The notes under the pieces: generated by a model
Database searches by the model: none
What the model saw: the letters and a program-made list of their open reading frames with translations, nothing else
What the model was told of the DNA's origin: nothing
NCBI GenBank assembly: GCA_041739995.1
Contig: JBGSMV010000047.1
Coordinates: 192,001 to 256,000 of the forward strand
Length of the DNA: 64,000 nucleotides
From: Bdellovibrionota bacterium
Lineage (GTDB): Bacteria; Bdellovibrionota_C; UBA2361; JBGSMV01
Reading direction: 5' to 3'
Shown here: in pieces, positions 20,369-27,907 of the stretch
Position numbering within the stretch: position 1 is the stretch's first letter
Layout: the number at the start of each line of letters is the position of its first letter
Translations under genes and position numbers: made by a program

Positions 20369-21003
20369 CGGGTAAATACCTCCACAGTCCTTCTTGGTAG
20401 CTGTTCCCATCCACTGAGCGAAGGCAAAACCTCAGAGCAGACGGCAAGCTCTCTACCTTTATGGACGTGCAAAGTGAAATATTCTGGAGCTTCAGAAAAG
20501 TCAGAGTACAGATAGGCGCGAGTCTCGTCGGCAAGCAGGACGTTCATGGCGCGCACATAACGTGTGCGACTGGTGATGAGCTTCATGGCGTCACGTAGTG
20601 CCGCCCCCCAATCGCCTTGGTAGCAGCTGCGAATCACATTAAAGATCTTCTCTGCGCCGATTCTGCCCTGTTCTCTTATCCTGACCCCTTGTAGCTCGCC
20701 GTTGAACGCAAAAGTAATGCCGTCTGCGAAAAAAGGCATATTGTTTTCAACCACAATACCTTCATCCCTAAAAGCGCTGCGAGCATGAGCGACTACTTGT
20801 TGCGCACCGACCAACGAAGGCAGAGAGTTCTCCCAGATGGGACAAATGCGGTGATGCGAGTGTGAATCTGCTTTAGTCTTCCACGATATGCCGTATCCGT
20901 GCCCCTGGAACTCTCGGCTATTCTTGCAGGCAGTCGCAAACTCGTTGAGCGTGCGAGCGCAATCCGGAAGAGAATCTCCTGCGAGATAAAGAAGTCGACA
21001 CAT
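20365..21003 (-). CDS. Class II glutamine amidotransferase / Ntn hydrolase (EgtC/YafJ/Dug3-like)
   Basis: N-terminal MCRL (Cys2 nucleophile), GHGYGISW, VAHARSA, NNMPF, FAFNGEL, AVCSE. Confidence 0.9.
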   Translation of the reverse strand: MCRLLYLAGDSLPDCARTLNEFATACKNSREFQGHGYGISWKTKADSHSHHRICPIWENSLPSLVGAQQVVAHARSAFRDEGIVVENNMPFFADGITFAFNGELQGVRIREQGRIGAEKIFNVIRSCYQGDWGAALRDAMKLITSRTRYVRAMNVLLADETRAYLYSDFSEAPEYFTLHVHKGRELAVCSEVLPSLSGWEQLPRRTVEVFTR

Positions 21004-21060
21004 TGCGTTAGTGGTCCTTCCTAAATAGTAACTGATAGAAGAAAAGCTAGGAAACCTCTG

Positions 21061-21138
21061 TATAATTCGTGCTTCTAGCTTCGTGGTTTAAGCAAATCTA
21101 GGCCCATTCCTAGAGTTTCTTTGCACCACTAAGATTTA
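21061..21138 (-). repeat. Repeat family 3, copy 2 (inverted relative to copy 1)
   Basis: Reverse complement taaatcttagtggtgcaaagaaactctaggaatgggcctagatttgcttaaaccacgaagctagaagcacgaa. Confidence 0.8.
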
Positions 21139-21155
21139 GTCTTTAAGAATCTTTC

Positions 21156-21296
21156 GAGTGTCCTGAGTTAAGAGTTCGATGAATAGCTCTGGCCGAGCTC
21201 GCTGCTCTCTTTGTGAATGTATTTATTGAATTACACAATGAGTTCAGCGAGAACAGCGAGAAAAATACTAAAATGAACTTCTGATTCAGCACACTA
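21156..21296 (-). repeat. Repeat family 1 (MITE/REPIN-like, ~140 bp), copy A
   Basis: Reverse complement matches 42564-42710 and 49651-49790; starts at lysY TAG stop; imperfect terminal inverted repeats. Confidence 0.88.
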
Positions 21297-22343
21297 AATT
21301 GGGTGTAATCCGCCGAACTCAAGCCCAAGAGTTTCTTCTAGGCCGTGCATAATGTTAAACGCTTGGAGTGCCTGTCCCGCAGCGCCCTTCATCAAGTTAT
21401 CCATTGCAGAGATTACGACCAGGCGATTTGAGAACGGGTCAATCTCAAACCCCACATCGCAATAGTTGGTACCCCACAGCAGTTTTGGATCGGGGTAGCG
21501 GTACAGGCCTTGAGATTCTTTGACGATTCTTACGAAAGGCTCGCTTTTATAAGCTTCGCGATAGATTTGCCAAATCGCTCGTTCATCGAGCGTTTGGTTT
21601 AAAAATACATGCGAGGTCGCCAGCACACCGCGCACCATATCAATGGCAGTGGCAGAAAAGTGTACTTTAAGGTCCTGCCCAAAGGATATTTCTTGCAGAA
21701 TCTCTGCCGTATGCCGGTGTCCAGTAGGCTGAAAGGAACGCAGAGAGTGAGAACGCACGGGATGATGCGATCCGTCGTTTGATTCTGCTCCGGCTTCGCT
21801 AGAGCCGACTTTGACTTCAACCACTACTGATTGAGGTTCTACGACTTGCTGCTTCAGCAATGGATAAAGCCCCAAAATGGTGGCGGTAGCGTTGCACCCA
21901 GCGCTAGAAATATAGTGAGCGCTACGCATCTCTTCGCGATGAAGCTCAGGAATTCCGTAGACAAATTTTGAGAGATACTGTGGTGCTTGATGCGGAGCAT
22001 GATACCAGCGGGCGTATGCTTCTGGATCTTTCAGCCTAAAATCAGCACTGAGATCGATAATTCGTGGTGCCTTTTCCATGAGCGAAGGCATGTGTTGCAT
22101 GCTCTGTGAATGCGGGAGGCAGGCGAATATCACGTCGCACTCTTGAAGCTCGGTCAGAGGCGAAAACTTGAGCTCGCTGCGTTTGCGAAGTGGTGGGTGA
22201 GTGCGGTGGGCGTATTTGCCACTCAGCCGCTCAGAGGTCACTTGGCGAATAGTGACGCTGGGGTGTGCGAGGAGAAGCCGCAGCAACTCGCCTCCCGTAT
22301 ACCCGGAACCTCCGACAATACTGACCGCAATCTTTTCAGACAT
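21294..22343 (-). CDS. lysY: [LysW]-aminoadipyl-phosphate reductase (ArgC family)
   Basis: [48 protein letters not shown] at 22343 overlaps lysX stop. Confidence 0.9.
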   Translation of the reverse strand: MSEKIAVSIVGGSGYTGGELLRLLLAHPSVTIRQVTSERLSGKYAHRTHPPLRKRSELKFSPLTELQECDVIFACLPHSQSMQHMPSLMEKAPRIIDLSADFRLKDPEAYARWYHAPHQAPQYLSKFVYGIPELHREEMRSAHYISSAGCNATATILGLYPLLKQQVVEPQSVVVEVKVGSSEAGAESNDGSHHPVRSHSLRSFQPTGHRHTAEILQEISFGQDLKVHFSATAIDMVRGVLATSHVFLNQTLDERAIWQIYREAYKSEPFVRIVKESQGLYRYPDPKLLWGTNYCDVGFEIDPFSNRLVVISAMDNLMKGAAGQALQAFNIMHGLEETLGLEFGGLHPI

Positions 22344-23190
22344 CGCGATGTTCCGCAGCTCGTAGCGTGTAATCAACGATGTGTTGAGGAATATTTACCC
22401 CAGTAGTCTGGATAGAGTTCTTATACTCCATGGTGTAGTTGACCTCGTTCGCGAGCAGCCCGTCTGGTGTTTCAAAGATATCGATCGCTACTATGCCACC
22501 TCCGACGGCCTTCGCTGCTTTAATAGAAAAGTCACGCAGTTCATTAGTCAGTGGACAATTGGAGGCAACTCCGCCTTGGGCGGTATTGGTTATCCAGTGA
22601 TCGGAAGTGCGGTATATTGCGGCGATACACTCATCCCCAACGACAAAGCTTCGAATGTCGCGACCACGCTTTTCTACATACTTCTGGATATAAAATATAG
22701 AGTGATGGTAGCTGCCCAGCACGGTCTTATGCTCAAGGATGGCTTCGGCTGCGTCTCGATCGTTCACCTTGGAAAGCAAGCGTCCCCAAGAACCTACTGC
22801 GGGTTTGAGCACGACCGGGTAACCCATCTCTTCGATGGCGCGTAGCGCTGACTGTTCAGTAAATGCAACGCGCAGCTCGGGCTGTGGCACACCGGCAACA
22901 CCAAGTGCGACGGAGGTAAGTAGTTTGTCTCCACACACCGTAGCAACTGCTTGGCTGTTGACGCAGCGCACTCCAGAAGCCTCGAACAGGGTCAGCGCAT
23001 GTAAGGCGCGTGAGTGATTGATGCAGCGCTCGACTACTACATCGACTCCGAAGCCGCGCGAACCTACCTTAAAAGAAATCTCTCTATCATCAATCATGAC
23101 GAGCTTCACGTCGGGACGAGATTGAAACTCATTAATGAGAAACTTCTCATCTGGCCGAATGAGGGAATGAAGGAACCCAACTCTCGTCAT
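22336..23190 (-). CDS. lysX: Alpha-aminoadipate-LysW ligase (RimK-type ATP-grasp)
   Basis: [39 protein letters not shown]; adjacent to lysW. Confidence 0.93.
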   Translation of the reverse strand: MTRVGFLHSLIRPDEKFLINEFQSRPDVKLVMIDDREISFKVGSRGFGVDVVVERCINHSRALHALTLFEASGVRCVNSQAVATVCGDKLLTSVALGVAGVPQPELRVAFTEQSALRAIEEMGYPVVLKPAVGSWGRLLSKVNDRDAAEAILEHKTVLGSYHHSIFYIQKYVEKRGRDIRSFVVGDECIAAIYRTSDHWITNTAQGGVASNCPLTNELRDFSIKAAKAVGGGIVAIDIFETPDGLLANEVNYTMEYKNSIQTTGVNIPQHIVDYTLRAAEHRDV

Positions 23191-23192
23191 GG

Positions 23193-23357
23193 CTATTCCC
23201 CCCAGTCCTCTTCTTCCTTTGGAGCTTCGGCAAGCTTAAAGGGATTGATCGCGGTAACTTCAAGCTCAGCACCACACTCGCCGCATTCAAGCAGTTCGTT
23301 TTTTAGGGTGTCTGCGCCAAGCTGCACTTGGGCGCTACATAAAGGACATTCAGTCAT
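23193..23357 (-). CDS. lysW: Amino-group carrier protein LysW (54 aa, absent from ORF track)
   Basis: Manual translation [54 protein letters not shown]: two CxxC motifs, C-terminal EDWGE; GAGG RBS upstream. Confidence 0.97.
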   Translation of the reverse strand: MTECPLCSAQVQLGADTLKNELLECGECGAELEVTAINPFKLAEAPKEEEDWGE

Positions 23358-23457
23358 ACTTTGCCTCAATGGATGGTGTATTGCGGACGCACTGTGGCAG
23401 GGGATGCGGTACTATTAAAGAGCCAAAGCGGAGAAAACTTTAAAACCCACTAATATT

Positions 23458-23471
23458 GTTACATTTGTAAC
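23458..23471. promoter_or_regulatory. Palindrome, candidate operator in lysW/flagellin divergent region
   Basis: GTTACA-TT-TGTAAC in AT-rich segment ~100 bp upstream of lysW. Confidence 0.35.
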
Positions 23472-23857
23472 GGGAGTCAGAAGTACCCGTCTCTTCACTA
23501 CAGATCTGCTTCGGTTCAAGCAATCGGGACCTTTCGGATCACCTGAACGGTGAACCAAGAAGGCGAGTCGCAGCTCCTTCGCTCGTATTGGTCGCACGGT
23601 TTCACCGTCAGTAACCACCGCTAAGAATTTTGCCTAGACGATCCCTCATAATGCTTGTGGGCATGTGAAGGACTGCAGTTTCGAGCAGTGGAATGTCAAT
23701 GCATTGGTCCGCTCAAACGACCTTAACAAGGCAATCTTTTGGACCCACTCACGGGTGACAAGGACGTACTCTGTGGCACCAATCAGTTTTAACAACGCTG
23801 CACAATTGTTGCCTTTACAGGGCAATCATTGGTCGAGTCACTGACCAAGTAGCGCGA

Positions 23858-25564
23858 GTGTACGAACGTCTTTCCAGTGGTCAACGTATCAACCGTGCTT
23901 CAGACGACTCCGCTGGACTATTGGTCAGCTTCGGGTTGCGCATAAAGAACGCGGTCTACCAGCAAGCGATAAGAAACGTAAACGACGTGACGAGCCTGCT
24001 TAACGTGGCCTCTGGAGCTACGGAACAGTTGTCGGGCCTACTTGAGCGAATGAACGAATTGGCTGAGCAGGCTGCTAACGGCACTTTCTCGATTGCCCAA
24101 AGGCATACGCTGAATGTTGAATCAAAGGCTTTGATTAACGAGTACAATCGGATCGTGGAATCCACCACATTTAATCGGCGCTCGGTTTTCAACGTAACGG
24201 GAGGAGGTGTATCCGCCCAGCTTGGATTCGGTTCAAACGTGCTTCACACCGAGGTGGGAAGTCAACTTGCTCGGTTGGTGGGTGACGGAACTTTTACTGA
24301 CTACGGGGCGTCCGGTGGGAGCCCCTCGGCGGTGGGTTATTTCAATAATGACGGATTTGATGACTTCGTCTCGGTGGGAAGCACTGTCGACGTGTATCTA
24401 TCGGACGGAGATGGGACCTTCTCGCAGGTTGCTGGGCCAGCAATTGACACTGGGATAGCCGTTACCGTTGGAGATTACAATGGGGACGGGGACCTAGACG
24501 CGGCGGTATACGATTCATTCCTCGGAACATTTTCATTCTACTTGGGTAACGGGACGGGGAGCCTTTCAGCTTCTAGCCAGATCGCCGCTGGATTCAGCAC
24601 AGGGGCACTATATTCAGGTGACTTTGACAACGATGGTGACGTCGATATTGCTACTCGAGTCGGTACGTCTGTCCGTATCGCGCAGAATGATGGAACCGGA
24701 TCCTTCACGCTTCTCGCTGCGATCTCTGGTGCCACGGATCTCACCGGTCTCGGAGACTTCAACGGGGATGGCAATATCGATATCGTTGGATCGGGACGAA
24801 TATTGTTGGGGAATGGCGACAACACCTTCACTGAAGCCGACGCGGTCGGCGGGGCCTATTCAGCAGGAGATTTGAACGGAGATGGCTATGACGACCTTGT
24901 AGGTGTTTCCGGTGGAAATCTGTTTGCCGCTTTATCTAATGGTGATGGAACGTTTTCTCAGCTCTCGCTCGGAACTATTGCGTCAAGCTCGAATGGAACC
25001 CGATTGCCGCTTATTGGAGATCTAAACGGGGATGGTTTGCTAGACATCTACCATGCAACGGGAGCGGCTAGTTTTCAGGTAGTACTACAAGACTCTAACG
25101 GCAACTTCAGCGCTCAGACCAGCGTCAGTCTCGCTTCGGGCACCGCCGTCACCCAATTTGGCGACTTTAATGGTGATGGGGTGGTTGATCTTCGAACATC
25201 CGCTCGAACTTTGCTCGGCGATACGGAGCAGTCGGCAGGGATCGCTCACTTCAGCATTTCAACGCAGGAGTATGCACAGGAGGCCCTTGATTTGATTGAG
25301 GCGCAGCGCGAGCTGGTTGGACGTGAACTCGGAGCTCAAGGGGCAAGCCTAAGTCGCCTGCAGAGCGCCGCTAGTGTGCTCATCAACATTACGTCGGAGT
25401 TTGCCGCGGCAGATTCCCGAATTCGAGATGTTGATGTCGCCCAGGAGACCGCTGAACTGGTGCGACTTCAAATATTGCAACAGGCGGGAGCGGCCGTACT
25501 TGGACAGGCGAACCTGTCCTTTCGGCTTGTCACAGAGCTGCTTGCTCCTCCTGCGACGAATTAG
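23858..25564 (+). CDS. Flagellin-family protein with seven FG-GAP/VCBS repeats in the variable region; 5' end possibly frameshifted
   Basis: ERLSSGQRINRASDDSAGL, RMNELAEQAANGT; C-terminal SRIRDVDVAQETAELVRLQILQQAGAAVLGQAN; seven GD(F/L/Y)NGDGxxD-type motifs. Confidence 0.9.
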   Translation: MYERLSSGQRINRASDDSAGLLVSFGLRIKNAVYQQAIRNVNDVTSLLNVASGATEQLSGLLERMNELAEQAANGTFSIAQRHTLNVESKALINEYNRIVESTTFNRRSVFNVTGGGVSAQLGFGSNVLHTEVGSQLARLVGDGTFTDYGASGGSPSAVGYFNNDGFDDFVSVGSTVDVYLSDGDGTFSQVAGPAIDTGIAVTVGDYNGDGDLDAAVYDSFLGTFSFYLGNGTGSLSASSQIAAGFSTGALYSGDFDNDGDVDIATRVGTSVRIAQNDGTGSFTLLAAISGATDLTGLGDFNGDGNIDIVGSGRILLGNGDNTFTEADAVGGAYSAGDLNGDGYDDLVGVSGGNLFAALSNGDGTFSQLSLGTIASSSNGTRLPLIGDLNGDGLLDIYHATGAASFQVVLQDSNGNFSAQTSVSLASGTAVTQFGDFNGDGVVDLRTSARTLLGDTEQSAGIAHFSISTQEYAQEALDLIEAQRELVGRELGAQGASLSRLQSAASVLINITSEFAAADSRIRDVDVAQETAELVRLQILQQAGAAVLGQANLSFRLVTELLAPPATN

Positions 25565-25639
25565 TGGTGATAGCTAATATAGTCGACCTTGAAGGCATGC
25601 CTTTATCTCGAGCTCTCCCTTAAAGAGCCGCCTGACCTG

Positions 25640-25699
25640 CTGCCGCAGCGCTGAGGCAAAGCGCCTCCGCATAGTGCCCAACTTGGCTCGCTGCGGCAG
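25640..25699. terminator. 11-bp perfect inverted repeat between convergent genes
   Basis: CTGCCGCAGCG (25640-25650) / CGCTGCGGCAG (25689-25699). Confidence 0.4.
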
Positions 25700-25780
25700 G
25701 ATTCTTAGCTCGCAGGTCTGAGAACGCTCGAAGGCGAAGCTCAAACATTTGCGAAAGATCGCTGAAGAGAGTTCGCTGCT

Positions 25781-27085
25781 CTAACTGGCCTGAAACACCG
25801 AAATAGTTTCCACGTGGTGAGTTTGAGCGAACATATCAACTACCCAAGTCTGCTGTAACTTATATCCGCGTGCTTGTAGTGTTTTAACGTCACGGCAGAG
25901 AGTTGGAAGAGAGCAACTGACGTAGATCACCTGTGGCGAGATTGAGGGTGTGAGCTGGCGCACCACGGCATCCGCGCCGGAGCGCGGAGGGTCGAGCACC
26001 ACACACGGGCGCGGGGTTGCTACTTCAAGATAGTTCTCGCAGGAGCTCTCAACAAAACTAAGTTGGGCGTCGGAGAGTCCTGCTTCAAACGAAGCAATTT
26101 TCCCTAAATGTACGAGCTCAGCGTCCAGTTCCACCGCTTCAACGAGTCTACCAGATTTTGCAATTTCAATCGCAAAGTTGCCTGCGCCGGCGAAGAGATC
26201 GGTTACCTGTTTGTGCTGAATGAGGCTGACCACTTGGGATTGAAGGAGTGCATTTCCCTCGGCATTCACCTGAGAAAAACGACCGACAGGAAATCGACGC
26301 TGAGTTGGAGGTTCTTCGAGCGAGTCATACTGAGAGAATATGGGGCGCTGGTTAGCCAAGACGCAGCAGTGCTTGAATGACTGCGCCAGCATCGCAATCG
26401 CAGGAGAATCGGCGTGATCCACATGTTCAAGTGCGTCCTCGCGTAGTTTTGCAGCGATGAAGACGTCGCCTTGATGCTCTTCAATTACCATTCCACCAAA
26501 AGACGACTCGAATTCAGAGAGCAGCGAGCGGAGTTTTGATAGAGTTTCATTGATCAGTGGCGAAGCGATTAAACAAGAATCAAGGTCTATCACTTCTCCC
26601 GTGCCCTCGCGATAAAAGCCAATTTCCGCGGGCTTGGGGCCAGCGCTGGGACTAAGGTGTAAGGAAATTCGTCGGCGATACTGATAGGCAGGCAAGTCCT
26701 GGCCCAACAGCGTCACCCCATTGACCGGTACCGCTTTTGCTTGCCGTTGTAGTGTGGTTTCCACCATCGAACGCTTTAAGGTGCGCTGAAGTTCAATCGG
26801 AACATACTGGTAGTTGCATCCACCGCAGCGTGCGAAATATGGGCAAGGTGGAGAGATGCGATCTGGTGAGGCTTCTTTAACCTCAAGGAGATTTCCTCGC
26901 CGAAAGTTCTTATGCTCTTCGGTTATGCTGACTAAGCCCTTTTCTTTCGGAATGAGGCCGCGCACAAAGATCTTTCGCATGTCGCCTTGAGCGGCTGGAC
27001 CGGACGTGTCGTCGGCGATTGGAGACGCGATAACCTCTCCGCCGTGGACGAATGCGATAGCCTGTACTTGAACTGATGAACCCAT
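25781..27085 (-). CDS. RNA (uracil-5)-methyltransferase, RlmD/TrmA family
   Basis: TRAM-like N-terminus, CPYFARCGGC, FSQVN, DLFAGAGNF, LDPPRSG, YVSC, DMFAQTHHVE; ATG at 27085 (the ORF-track extension runs through a repeat). Confidence 0.92.
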   Translation of the reverse strand: MGSSVQVQAIAFVHGGEVIASPIADDTSGPAAQGDMRKIFVRGLIPKEKGLVSITEEHKNFRRGNLLEVKEASPDRISPPCPYFARCGGCNYQYVPIELQRTLKRSMVETTLQRQAKAVPVNGVTLLGQDLPAYQYRRRISLHLSPSAGPKPAEIGFYREGTGEVIDLDSCLIASPLINETLSKLRSLLSEFESSFGGMVIEEHQGDVFIAAKLREDALEHVDHADSPAIAMLAQSFKHCCVLANQRPIFSQYDSLEEPPTQRRFPVGRFSQVNAEGNALLQSQVVSLIQHKQVTDLFAGAGNFAIEIAKSGRLVEAVELDAELVHLGKIASFEAGLSDAQLSFVESSCENYLEVATPRPCVVLDPPRSGADAVVRQLTPSISPQVIYVSCSLPTLCRDVKTLQARGYKLQQTWVVDMFAQTHHVETISVFQAS

Positions 27086-27118
27086 ATCTTCAACGTGTAT
27101 CGAGTAGAGGCATTCCTG

Positions 27119-27238
27119 GGAGTCTGTGACAGAGGCACAGACGACGACGTCCCGCCGAAGCCCCCTCGAATTTAAGGGCAGGGCAGGCACATGCGAGCGA
27201 AGGCGGACCCGAGTAAACAGGGCCGTGTCACAGACTCC
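27119..27238. mobile_element. Repeat family 2 MITE-like element, copy 1 (120 bp)
   Basis: Perfect 13-bp TIR GGAGTCTGTGACA / TGTCACAGACTCC; homologous to 40354-40500. Confidence 0.8.
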
Positions 27239-27310
27239 TAGCGTGTAACGCGCGCTAGGTCTATCCGTGGAACGGCTTAGAGGGGTGTCTCGAAGCGTGA
27301 GAACGAGACT

Positions 27311-27874
27311 TTAGTCTGGGTTGGAGTTCTTGTTATGGTTAGTGGCGCGTCGAAACGAGCGCCAGCGCGCTCTTCGACGCTGCAAATCTGCAGAAACTTC
27401 CTGTACTGCCAGCGGGATGTCCATCGAAGGTAGAGTAATAATCCGGGGGGCGTCAGAAACCTTCCAATCATCAAGTCCAAGCCGCGAGAGAACCGTGTTC
27501 ATGACTTCTCGGTCATCTGCCAGGCCGCGGCTGCCATTTCTGTCTGGTACCGCATCGACTCGAAATGTCAGGTACCTGACTGCTCCTACGGCTAACGCTT
27601 TTTGTTCGGCGCTAAATTGAGAATAACGCTCTAAGAGCATTACGGCGCGAGCACACAGGTCGCTTGCTAAGTCCAAATCGGGGCCAGCTTTCTCTGCTTT
27701 AAATCCACAGAACCACTCAGCGGCATCCACGATCTTTTCTTTCAGTCGGGAAACGTCGTCGGCACTGTAGTGAACACAAAAGCCTCTAAAGACAACCTGT
27801 GCGCCAGGCATGTGTGCGAGTTCGGCGCACGCAAGCTCTAAGAGAGAGCCAGAGACTTTAGTGTCGGAATCCAT
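27311..27874 (-). CDS. Hypothetical protein, DUF1232/YkvA-like motif
   Basis: GAVRYLTFRVDAVPD...GLADDREV resembles the YkvA Y..D.IPD..G..DD pattern. Confidence 0.65.
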   Translation of the reverse strand: MDSDTKVSGSLLELACAELAHMPGAQVVFRGFCVHYSADDVSRLKEKIVDAAEWFCGFKAEKAGPDLDLASDLCARAVMLLERYSQFSAEQKALAVGAVRYLTFRVDAVPDRNGSRGLADDREVMNTVLSRLGLDDWKVSDAPRIITLPSMDIPLAVQEVSADLQRRRARWRSFRRATNHNKNSNPD

Positions 27875-27907
27875 TGAGGGTCAGGTCGGCAGGAAGTGGC
27901 CAGGGGT

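Noticed and set aside
21143..21328. 61-aa ORF over repeat family 1 copy A
   Set aside because: It coincides with a non-coding dispersed repeat and overlaps the lysY end; other copies carry indels
18198..22343. Classical acetylated arginine pathway argC/argB/argD
   Set aside because: Adjacent lysW and lysX and the short LysZ-type kinase indicate the carrier-protein route
23358..23640. Lysine riboswitch or Lys-codon leader peptide upstream of lysW
   Set aside because: No AGAGGUGC-type P1/P2 signature and no short Lys-rich ORF found on the minus strand
27086..27190. N-terminal extension of the RNA methyltransferase in the ORF track
   Set aside because: It is read-through across the family 2 MITE; ATG 27085 gives a normal start
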